Below are positions 20,579-29,564 of a DNA stretch of 29,564 bases, piece by piece. The stretch's first letter is position 1; the number at the start of each line of letters is the position of its first letter. The DNA comes from Cyanophora paradoxa CCMP329 (taxonomy: Eukaryota; Plantae; Glaucophyta): NCBI GenBank assembly GCA_004431415.1, contig QPMI01000257.1, positions 1 through 29,564 of the forward strand, read 5' to 3'. The translations under genes were made by a program, and so were the position numbers. The notes beneath the pieces were generated by a model that had not been told where the DNA came from, ran no database searches, and saw nothing but the letters and a program-made list of their open reading frames with translations.

Positions 20579-22135
20579 ATGCCTCTCAAGGTCGTTTTAA
20601 GTCTTTCTGGCGGGGGTGCAAGGGGCATTATCATAACCAGGCTGCTAAAAGAAATCGAAAATCGAACTGGCAGGAGAATAATCGATCTTGTGGATCTTGT
20701 GAGTGGAACTTCCACTGGTGGGATCATTGCAATAGGTTTGAATATAAGGCATCCTGATAGACCAGGTGAACCTAAACTGACAGCAAACGATTTACACAAT
20801 ATTTACCTAACTCAACTGCCTTTGATTTTCGCAAATCCTCGAAATATCATTGAAAATGCCCTATTTAACACAAAGTATGATGTGGGACCCTTGGAGACTG
20901 CAATCAATTCAGTTACTGGGGAATCACTAATACAGGATTCCCTAAAGGACATTGTGATTACATCTTTTGATACTCAGAATATGAAACCAATATTTATCAC
21001 AAATGATAACAATTACAACTTTATGCCCTGTAAGATTGCTGCTAGGGCTACTTCTGCTGCTCCTACATACTTTTCACCTGTAAGCATTGTTGATTTCAAT
21101 CGGGGAGTATATGTCTGTCTCATTGATGGTGCCATTTCGGGAAACAATAATCCCAGTGTGTGTGGTTACAGCCATGCAAAGAAGATTTACAGTGATGATG
21201 ATGACATTATAGTAATAAGTATCTCTTGTGGAGAGGTGGACCCACATTTAGAGTCTGATTATGTGGGTTATGCTTATGAGACTGTGAACAGCTGGGGAAT
21301 TCTCTCATGGATTGCCTCAACAGATGGAAGCCCATTGATTAACATGCTCATGGCTGCAAGTGAGCTTTCTGCCCTTGATAAGATGGAGGAGTTGTTACCC
21401 TACAACTATGATCAAGATTATGGTAGATACTATAGGCTATCGGTCCCTCTTCCAAACCATATAGTTAGCTCCCTTGATGACACTTCTAAAATCCCAGATA
21501 TGCTTTCTTTCACAGAAACCTACATTGCAGCAAACAATGATATGATCAATAAGCTTTGCAGCCTACTAGTAGCAAACTATGAACTAAAGAACCCTTCAAA
21601 GGCTTACATTTCATCCACTCTCACTACATCACCACCTTTGGATGCTAATTGGTATCAGCTTGCAGATGATGCCTTCACTGCCTCATCCTCTGTGACTGGT
21701 AAAGAGCCTTTCATGGCTAGACCTTCAGCATTTGGCTGGGAAGCTGGAGCCTATGCTCCTGAGCAGATATGGGAAACCCCCACTGAATACCTTCAAGTTG
21801 CTTTTCCATATACTTTTGAACTCTCCTCTGTGATTGCCTATGGATCAGGGGACACCAATGCTTTTATTAAGACTTTCAATGTGGCAACATCCACTGATGG
21901 GATCAACTGGTCTTTTATTCGATCAGATGGGCAAAACAAAATATATGTCTGTGAGAACATTAACAATGCTCACAACTCTGGTGATGTGGCTCTATTGAGT
22001 GGGTTCCCTCTCAGCATCAAGGATGCTTTTTACATAGGTTTTTCTCTGAGAATAAGATATATTCGCATTTATCCCCTTGTGTATGTGAATGCTCCCACAA
22101 TGAGAGTTGACTTTACAGGTGCCTTTATTCGATAA
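20579..22135 (+). CDS. Patatin-like phospholipase fused to C-terminal F5/8 type C (discoidin) domain
   Basis: LSGGGARG oxyanion loop, GTSTG nucleophile, ATSAAPTYF, IDGA. C-terminus: FTASS...EYLQV...FNVATSTDGINW...RYIRIYPL...MRVDF. Confidence 0.9.
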   Translation: MPLKVVLSLSGGGARGIIITRLLKEIENRTGRRIIDLVDLVSGTSTGGIIAIGLNIRHPDRPGEPKLTANDLHNIYLTQLPLIFANPRNIIENALFNTKYDVGPLETAINSVTGESLIQDSLKDIVITSFDTQNMKPIFITNDNNYNFMPCKIAARATSAAPTYFSPVSIVDFNRGVYVCLIDGAISGNNNPSVCGYSHAKKIYSDDDDIIVISISCGEVDPHLESDYVGYAYETVNSWGILSWIASTDGSPLINMLMAASELSALDKMEELLPYNYDQDYGRYYRLSVPLPNHIVSSLDDTSKIPDMLSFTETYIAANNDMINKLCSLLVANYELKNPSKAYISSTLTTSPPLDANWYQLADDAFTASSSVTGKEPFMARPSAFGWEAGAYAPEQIWETPTEYLQVAFPYTFELSSVIAYGSGDTNAFIKTFNVATSTDGINWSFIRSDGQNKIYVCENINNAHNSGDVALLSGFPLSIKDAFYIGFSLRIRYIRIYPLVYVNAPTMRVDFTGAFIR

Positions 22136-23055
22136 ACTCCAACTGAAAAGAATTATCGATTCCATTCATATCAATCAGTTCACCAAAGTAATCTTTAAAC
22201 TCCACAGTGAGTTCCCTTATCACCAGGTTTCTGTCATTGATTTGAATAAATTCTGCATGTTCACCACTATGGTAAACATAGCCCCCTATATCTTTACTCA
22301 ATTGCAATCTAAGGATAGCTCCCTGGTTTTGTGGTTGCGATTTTGGAATTATATTGTGTCTGCTGGCAAAGGGGGACAGCTCTTTAATATGCATGTACAG
22401 ATACTGCTCAGCATTCATATCAGACATCTTCCTGCTGTCAAAATAATATTGCAAGGGCTTAGAGGAGAGTCTGGGTCCTGAGAAGGTGATTCCCCATGCT
22501 GGGTGATCAGGTGTAATAGGTTTGCCATCATACTTTAAAAGGTTCTCAGGTCGATAGGGAGATCCACCAACAGGAGGAGTGCTATAATACCCAGTGGTGT
22601 ATTCAGTAGAACTCACACCCAAAAGCTTCCCTATTCTCTGGTTGCTTGCAATAAAACGAAACTCATGGTTACTGTAAAACTCCACTTTATAGGTAGTTGG
22701 GTTATAGAATATCTTGAACTCAAAAGCTACTGTTTTGCCTGCAATGGTTTGGAAGCTTGAATAGTTCAGCCCATAATTATAAGGGTGTGTTACCCAAAAT
22801 GACCCTGATTGATGTAGCCACTGGGAAGGGGATACACTTGTTGTGTGATCACTTGGTTATATGAACCATCTTGGTAATTAAACTGAACTGTTAGATGATC
22901 AGTTCCCACACTGTTATAGATGCTGTTTGGAATCTCTGCATATAGAACCCTGCATTCCCTTGGTCTCTCTACTGGAGTTGTGAGGGTGACCCTGTAAGAG
23001 TTTTCATTTGTCCTTGGCTTCTATCCCTGCTATCAATATTAACGAGCCGGTTCAT
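22125..23055 (-). CDS. Minor capsid protein (penton, single jelly-roll) 1, frameshifted
   Basis: Reconstructed MNRLVNIDSRDR/...SYRVTLTTPV...VLYAEIPNSIYN ... YLYMHIKEL ... LTVEFKDYFGELIDMNGIDNSFQLEF*. At least two frameshifts (~23010, ~22800). Confidence 0.75.
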
Positions 23056-23084
23056 TTTAATATATAAATATAGATAAAAGAAGA

Positions 23085-24094
23085 ATGCCTGTGGATTACA
23101 TCGAGGTTAGCTCATTTAATACAATCTCTGGTGATGGTCCCACATCAAGCTTTGTGGCTAGACTCCCCAGTAGTTATGAGAATGTGAGGGCTGTGAGACT
23201 GGTCTCAGCCGAATTTTATAACAGTATCCCTATGGTGAGTGGTGAAACCAAAGCAGGAGATGTGACAGTTGACAATGCATTTAGCATTTATTATTCTGAA
23301 CAAACTCCTGGAGCTGGAAGCTCAGGAATTCCAACAGTTCGCCCAGCTGCTGACTATGAACAATGGAAACAATTCATTATAAGTCGAAACACCCCCATCC
23401 AAAGCCACCAGCAACTGGTGAATGTAATTAACTCTAAATTCGAAGGCAGAAATCCCCAACCATCCATTCGCTGCAAATGGATGAATCACTGAAACGAATT
23501 ATATTCCACTCAGCAGTACCATTTTACTTGGCTTTCTCAGTAGCTGTGAACCCAAGCCAACAAACAATCCAAAAGCTGTTGAGTTCAGCTAGACTGCTGG
23601 GTCTTGATCCTGGAAGATATGGTAACTCCCCAATCCAATCACAGGTCTATGATGCTCTCACTGATGGAATCTTTACTGGTGGTCGCGTGAATGGCATTAT
23701 ATCTTCTTTTGAGCCTGAGAAGACCAGGGACAGTGTTTTGTTTGTGAGAGTAAAGGAGCTGGGTGATCTGGTGCAATGTGGGGATGGTCTTCTGACTGGT
23801 TACTTTCACAAAATAGTGGTCCCTGATAAAGACTATGGTGAGCATGTTGTTTACAATTCAACAGAAGCTCACCCACTTTACAAATACTATAATAAAAAGG
23901 TTGGATTATCCACTTTCTCGGTTGATATTGTAAATGCTATTAATGAACCAATTGATTTTGAGGGTCAACCTGTTCATCTTACCTTTGAAATTCGCTATGG
24001 TGATGAGCCAGCTGGGGACCCAGTTTATGAATACTTCAAGATGCGAATGTCACAGCTTCACCCTTCCTATCCAGTTATTACAAACTTCGCATAA
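23085..24094 (+). CDS. Minor capsid protein (penton-like) 2, one frameshift (~23470)
   Basis: SSFVARLPSSYENVRAVRLVSAEFYNS ... VLFVRVKEL ... FSVDIVNAINEPIDFEGQPVHLTFEI; same motif order as penton 1. Confidence 0.72.
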
Positions 24095-24147
24095 ATTAAG
24101 GATCATTGGTAGATTTTTTATGTTGCAGTATAATAAAAGAGAATATA

Positions 24148-25515
24148 ATGGATATCACTTCCACTCTTCAAAGACTTTCGCTGAAAGAAGCCCTAACAAC
24201 CCCAGAAGAGGCGAAAGCCTTTTTCCTGGATAACTCCCTTATGCTTGGTCTCGAATCCAAATCTAAGCCAGTTCTAGTTGTTGTGAATCCAGCAATACTT
24301 TTGAGAATAATGTTGGAAATCGCATTTCCTTCAAGCTACCTCGCTACAATTTCTGTGGAAAACTCGAACTTGCTTTCGACCTTCCAGCCATCACGTTTGC
24401 TGGTGATACTGACCTAGTTCGCAATGGATACACTCGCCCAGTTGGTGCTTTAGTTCAGCGACTTGAAATTACCTATGGATCTTACACCTACCATATTCCA
24501 TCTGATTTCCTTGCTCATTTCCCCCTGGTCTATTATTCGGAGGATCAACTAGCTAAAAAGAAGCGATCAATGGGCATGGTTCATGGCATCCCTGCTCATG
24601 GAACCAACCGCCTTGGTGGCTCATTCTTTGTTGAAATCCCTGTGCCTTGGCTAAATCACTACCTTCCCCTTGGTGCTTTATCTGGTGAAATGGTTGTTAC
24701 TGTTTGGTTTAAGGATGCTGGAAAGGGTTATGTTGAAACTTCCTATGGTGGTCGCTCTCTCCTGTTGTTGGTGGGACAGTTGCTGATAAGACAGAAGATG
24801 ATGGTCTTGGTGATACTGCTAATGCCACACTTGCCCATGTTGGTCAAAATATCACAACTTTCAGTCTTGGTGCAACAACTCCTGTTATTTCTATTACTTC
24901 TCCTCGCCTTTACATGCATGCTATTAATGTTTCTGATGAGCTTTCGCTACTGTCATTGAAAAGGTTAAGACAACTGGCATGGCTATTCCCTCCCTTGATA
25001 TTGGATTTGTAGATGCTAGTGCTTTCCCTGCCAAGGGCAATGCCCAACCCAATCGAATTAACCTCTCTCAAATCTCAGGTCTTGTATATGCTCTGCTTGT
25101 TTCAGTTCGTGATCATGAAACTGTTGACAAATCCAATGGCTCCCACAGTGTTCTTAAGACCTATGCCAACTCCAAAGACATAACATTTACAACTGAAATA
25201 AATGGTCAGCGACTTTTTGCCACTGAGCCAATTTCCCTACTCAAAGGTGCTGAGCTAATTGCTGATGCCTTCAAATGCTCTAACATGGATAAGGTTGCTG
25301 ATCGCTATGTCCTCTCAGGACTCCCATTCTGTCTTGATGGAGAAAAGGCAATTCGAAATATTGCCCAGTCTGGTTATGTTGATTTAACAAATTCCTCTTC
25401 TTCCTTCCTCACCCTCTACATGCCCTCAGATAAGGTAATCGATGTTAATGTTCGCGCTCTCATGCATAGCTTTATTATTGTCGACAAAGATGGTTTACGC
25501 AGAATTAATTTATAG
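24148..25515 (+). CDS. Major capsid protein (double jelly-roll, ~455 aa), three frameshifts (~24290, ~24760, ~24945)
   Basis: Reconstructed RISFKLPRYNFCGKLELAFDLP...LVQRLEITYG...FFVEIPVPWLNHYLPLGAL...EMVVTVWF...PRLYMH...RINLSQISGLVYALLVSVR. Size, beta-rich pattern and position between penton and ATPase fit an MCP. Confidence 0.8.
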
Positions 25516-25580
25516 ATTGTTACGATTTTCAGTCTCCCTGCATTATTTTTATATGTCTTTATTAAGAAAGATATACAACA

Positions 25581-26363
25581 ATGACTGATTTGGATGAATT
25601 TGTGGCTGGTGAAATGATAGAACCACCATTTCGAGTCCTAGCAATTGGGAAATCAGCAACTGGTAAATCAGAAGCTGTAAAATATTGGTTGAAGCAGTTG
25701 CATGATGCCAAAAAGATTGATGTTGTATTAGTTGTGAGTGGAACCAGCTTCAATCATTTCTGGGATAAAGTTGCAACATTGCAACTGGGAAAATGGGATG
25801 CCCCTTACATTGCTAAATTGCTAGATGAAAGGCAAGAGAAAATAGAAAAAGGTGAACCTGTTAACCAGTTATGTGTGGTTCTAGATGATTTAATCGATAA
25901 TGAGATTGTAGACCTAACTCGTGATAAAATTATTGGCTCTCTGTATTCCAGAGGTCGCCATTCGAAAATATCCATTATCTGCATCACACAAAAGCTAAGG
26001 AAAGTCTCTTCGACTATTCGAGTTAATTCGGACTATGCTATGTTTTTAAGTGCTGCAAATCGCAAAGAACTGGAAGCCATAGAGGAAGAATACAATATAA
26101 TGCGAAATAAAGAGGATTTTTACAAGATGTTTGAAGAGTATGTTCACTCCTATCAGTATATTATTTGGTCCTCTGCAAACTACTCAGTTAAATACTATGT
26201 AGATAAAGCTGAGCTTGTGAAAGATTTCCCATTTCCTCGCTTCCACAGAAAGCCAAAAAAGAAAGAAGATGAACTGAAACCACCAGAGAAAGAGGAAGCC
26301 CCCAAAGAAGTGAAAAGCCAAGTCCATAGCAATAAATTGATGCGATATAAACGCGGTTTATAA
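25581..26363 (+). CDS. A32-like FtsK/HerA genome packaging ATPase
   Basis: Walker A GKSATGKS, Walker B CVVLDD, arginine-finger SRGRH, IICITQ, IRVNSDY. Confidence 0.92.
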   Translation: MTDLDEFVAGEMIEPPFRVLAIGKSATGKSEAVKYWLKQLHDAKKIDVVLVVSGTSFNHFWDKVATLQLGKWDAPYIAKLLDERQEKIEKGEPVNQLCVVLDDLIDNEIVDLTRDKIIGSLYSRGRHSKISIICITQKLRKVSSTIRVNSDYAMFLSAANRKELEAIEEEYNIMRNKEDFYKMFEEYVHSYQYIIWSSANYSVKYYVDKAELVKDFPFPRFHRKPKKKEDELKPPEKEEAPKEVKSQVHSNKLMRYKRGL

Positions 26364-26391
26364 AATTATCTCTCATTCTAATAAAGATACA

Positions 26392-27124
26392 ATGCCTCCC
26401 AAACGAAAGATAGGGATCCCAGCTGGGCTGTTGGCTATTCAGGTGGTGGAAACAATGGATCCATTAACACAGACCCACTGAAATTCAATGGTATGAATGA
26501 AGTGAAGCCCTCTCAACAACAAGAAGACCCCCTCAATGCTGCCTATGAGGAATCATTTGATGACAAAGCCCCACAGGCTTCAACCAGTGACCAACTCAAC
26601 ATTTCACCTGAAGCCTCAAAGATGAAGGCTGTTGCTGAGGGAGCCAGGCGAATTATTGGTGCTGCTGATGATAAAGGTTTAGGCTTGCAAGATCTATCAC
26701 TGGCTCGCAAAGGTGAGGGTCTTAGTAAGGAATCAGACAAGGTAATTCAGTCTATGGCTGGTGAAGTCACATACAAGACTGCTCCCACTCAAAATATTCA
26801 TCGAATTCCCAAGGCTCAATGGGATGAGATGACTGCTAAACTCAAAGATCTGGAAGCCAAATCAAGTGCCTTGGAGCAGTATGTTACTGAGAAGAAAGAG
26901 AGAGCCAAGCTAAAGGAGATGCTTCGAAAGGAAGTTTATAAAATGGCATTACTGGTGTCCCAGATAAACAGTTTATTGCTAAGAAAGAGACCCAAATCGA
27001 TGAGCAGGCAGTAGATGAAATGAAAACAAAGACCCAGAAGGGAACCATTGAACTGGTGGCCACTAAAGCTGAAGTAGAAAAGGGAGTAGCTCCCACAGTA
27101 TATAAAAGACGAGTTTGGCTTTAA
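26392..27124 (+). CDS. Hypothetical coiled-coil protein, two probable frameshifts
   Basis: MPPKRK start at 26392, charged helical core (26493-~26940), alternative frame ends KRRVWL* at 27124. Confidence 0.55.
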
Positions 27125-27146
27125 TTATCTCTGTTTTATTAGAGAC

Positions 27147-27419
27147 ATGGATATAATACGAAAGTTTTTCGAGATGTTCAGTCTGCATGTGGTGAGCAAT
27201 TGCCACAGTGGATGCTGTGAGACAAGAGTGGAGTTTGAGATTTCAGATACTGAGGATAATGCCTCAGAAGCAAGAGAGAGAAGGAGGTCTACGATTTCTG
27301 TGGAGTCAATGCCAGCAGACCCCACAGAGTATACATATGAGCAACAGGAGTATCCAAGGAGAAGTTCTTTACCAGGCGAAAACGTTTTCTCAGCAAATAT
27401 TAATGGAGGATACAATTAG
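27147..27419 (+). CDS. Small hypothetical protein with CxSxCC motif
   Basis: 90-aa ATG ORF with SNCHSGCC, packed against neighbours. Confidence 0.5.
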   Translation: MDIIRKFFEMFSLHVVSNCHSGCCETRVEFEISDTEDNASEARERRRSTISVESMPADPTEYTYEQQEYPRRSSLPGENVFSANINGGYN

Positions 27420-27747
27420 TTTGATCGAGTTTACTATATGAGCCTTTAACTGAGGGTGCTATTAGACACATTCTAGCAAAGCAGAAACGATATAGAGAGG
27501 ACCCAGCATATAGAGAGTATAAGAAACAACAAGCCCTGCATCCTATTATCGCAGAAAAGCCCAAAAAGAGGAGCAGAGACCCAGAGGGAGACCGATTAAA
27601 TATTATTTGCCTACTGATAGTAGCAATGACCCACAGGTCTATAAGATACTTGAGAAAAAGCGGTCTCAGTATGCTACTGAGGCAGCTATTAAAGTTTACA
27701 GACAGGAACTGGTGTTCGCAACAAAAAATGACTTAAAGAAAAAGTAG
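27403..27747 (+). CDS. Small basic protein with AT-hook-like motif, frameshifted
   Basis: Reconstructed AIRHILAKQKRYREDPAYREYKKQQAL/...EQRPRGRPIKY...KKK*. Confidence 0.45.
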
Positions 27748-27796
27748 ATAGGTTGTATTGAGGAAAAATTATTTTCGTATCTACTATTAAAGAGAA

Positions 27797-28117
27797 ATGC
27801 CGAATATCCGCAAGATACTCACAGATGATGAAAAAGCAGAGAAGCTGAGACTGAAAAGGGAGCAAGATGCCCAAAGAAAACGCGAAGCCTATCATAAAAA
27901 GAAGAGGAACGATTATCCAAGGAGCCGCTACAGTTCACACACCAGAAGAACTCAAAAAGATTGCCCTCAGACACCAGAGGAAATACAGGGAAAATGAAGA
28001 ATATCGCAACAGAAAAAGGCAAAAGCGCTGGAATATTACCACAAGAAAAAAGATGAACACCCAAGACAACCCAAAGAGCATAAACCGGGGAAGACTCGGA
28101 AATATATCGAAGAATAA
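27797..28117 (+). CDS. Small basic helical protein, frameshifted
   Basis: MPNIRK...REAYHKKK/...ALRHQRKYRENEEYRNRKRQK/ALEYYHKKK; similar to the preceding gene. Confidence 0.45.
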
Positions 28118-28335
28118 ATTCTCGATCGAAACAAATTTTGTAGAAATCGATTTGATCGGAGGCAAAAAAATGACAGCTTTCTTCCCTCTTTTTTTAAAAC
28201 TGTACCTATATATCGAGACAGTATCCCGACCCAAAACTACTTAAGGACTTGGCAAATAATAGGATATATATAAAAGACAATTCCTCCTTCCGAAATTATT
28301 TTCTTCGTTAAAGGTAGAAGTCCCCAAAATCGAAA

Positions 28336-29564
28336 ATGAACAAAATCGAGAAATTCGCCACCCCTGTTGAAAATGCTACATTCCTTAGTACTCTCATTGG
28401 TGATCGCAACAAGGTCACCCATGTATTTGATTCTGCCGAAGATGCCCTTGAAGCCATTGATAATAGCAAGGTTAAGACCTGGGCTGAATGCATTCAACCT
28501 GAGCAAGTGACCAGAGTTTACCTGGACCTGGATAAATTCGCTGATTTGAAGGAGAACATTGCTGATAACTATGCTGAGGCGGAAACTGTTGTAAGAGAGA
28601 TGAGAGATAAGCTATGGAAGCGATCTGGTACCACTTCTATTAACGATATTGCTGTTGCAGTTCGCCATAGAAGGGTTTATTTGATAAGGAGGATGTCACC
28701 AAGTTCAAGATTCAGCCCACTTTATTATTAAATCGCTTGCATGCAAACATGAAGATATCCCAAGCTTTTCAAAGCGATGGGATTGGTGAAAAATGAGGAT
28801 TATGACAGTGGAGTTTACAGCTCCACACAGAACCTAATCTGCCTCAATTGCTGCAAAGGTGAGACTCTGGATGCTCAAAATAAGTCGAAAAAAGATGTTG
28901 ATAAAACGTTTGCTTTAAGAAATTCGTTGACTGTGACAAAGTGTTAATGCGAAATGAGGACTTCTTTGTATCTTCTCAGCTACTACTAAACTTGTGGATG
29001 AATCAAATATTTCTGCATTGCAAATTATACTCCTGAGCCAAAACCAGTTAAAAAGGAGCCAAAAAGTGATAAAGTGAAGACTGAGAAGGTAGAAGCTGAA
29101 AAAGACACTGAACCCGAAAATCCTGTTACTTTCGAACTGCTACAAAGTGTTATAATGGGTCTCAATGTGAAGAGCAGCGAGTATAAACTTGGATTGAGTT
29201 GGACTGGTCATCATCAATGTTGGGGAAGACAACAATTTACCCCTAAAATGCAGGCTGAACTCTTCCACCAATTCTCAGAACAGAGTGACAAGTATGATTA
29301 TGATGAATGCCAGGAAAAGTTTACACAGCTTCGCAGAAGCAAGAAGAAGGCTGAGCCTGGCAAAGTGTTGACCTTCAAATCCTTGGTTTATTGGTTGAGC
29401 AAAGATAACAATGAGCTTTTCAAGGAACTCTTCCCCAAAAAGTATGCACCTACCAGAGGACACAGATGAAATCGATTACAAGACTGCAAGTATCCCTCCT
29501 TTGGCTGAACATTACAATGTGCATAAGAGGTATTTCAATGCTCGAATGCATCATGTTGAAAATG
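28336..29564 (+). CDS. Archaeo-eukaryotic primase (AEP) with PriCT-2 domain, probably a primase-helicase; several frameshifts, runs off window
   Basis: Motif I VYLDLD, motif II KI/SAHFII, motif III DSGVYS; PriCT-2-like ELFHQFSEQSDKYDYDECQEKF...LTFKSLVYWLSKDN. Confidence 0.8.

Larger units (their letters stand above)
7605..29564. mobile_element. Endogenous Polinton-like virus / virophage-class element (possibly two nested elements), continues past window end
   Basis: Abrupt drop in GC, intronless compact genes, DJR major capsid, pentons, A32 ATPase, AEP primase; junction falls inside a host exon. Confidence 0.9.

Noticed and set aside
24148-25515. Programmed ribosomal frameshifting in the capsid gene
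   Set aside because: Too many shifts across unrelated genes and no consistent slippery motif.
7605-29564. Bacterial prophage or contaminant
   Set aside because: Despite phage-like fibres, MTase and SpeD, the core is DJR capsid, penton and A32 ATPase, with no terminase or portal and no consistent Shine-Dalgarno motifs. A chimeric join still needs read-level exclusion.
7605-29564. Canonical Maverick/Polinton call
   Set aside because: No protein-primed PolB, rve integrase or adenain protease visible; they could lie beyond the window.

Overview
Two compartments. Bases 1-~7604 are GC-rich, intron-containing eukaryotic (protist-like) host DNA: the 3' part of a BCNT/CFDP1(Swc5)-family gene, an F-box/LRR-like gene, and a minus-strand cell-surface (GPI-signal-like) gene cut off at ~7604. 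From ~7605 to the window end lies an AT-rich, intronless, gene-dense endogenous Polinton-like virus (PLV)/virophage-class element. It encodes a double jelly-roll major capsid protein, two divergent penton-like genes, an A32-type packaging ATPase, an AEP primase with PriCT-2, a patatin-discoidin lipase, and five fibre-like genes (four share an N-terminal anchor; tips differ). The most unusual content is a SAM-centred set: a Dam/D12-class adenine methyltransferase plus two intact, diverged S-adenosylmethionine decarboxylase genes with no spermidine synthase in view. One SAMDC lies in a CpG-rich left module and the other in a strongly CpG-depleted right module. Between them are a 29-bp-arm hairpin and nested ~390-bp repeats, which suggests two nested or fused elements. 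Many genes beyond ~17.6 kb carry single-base frameshifts (assembly error or decay). No integrase or protein-primed PolB is visible in the window. All family calls come from motif recognition by eye; no searches were run.
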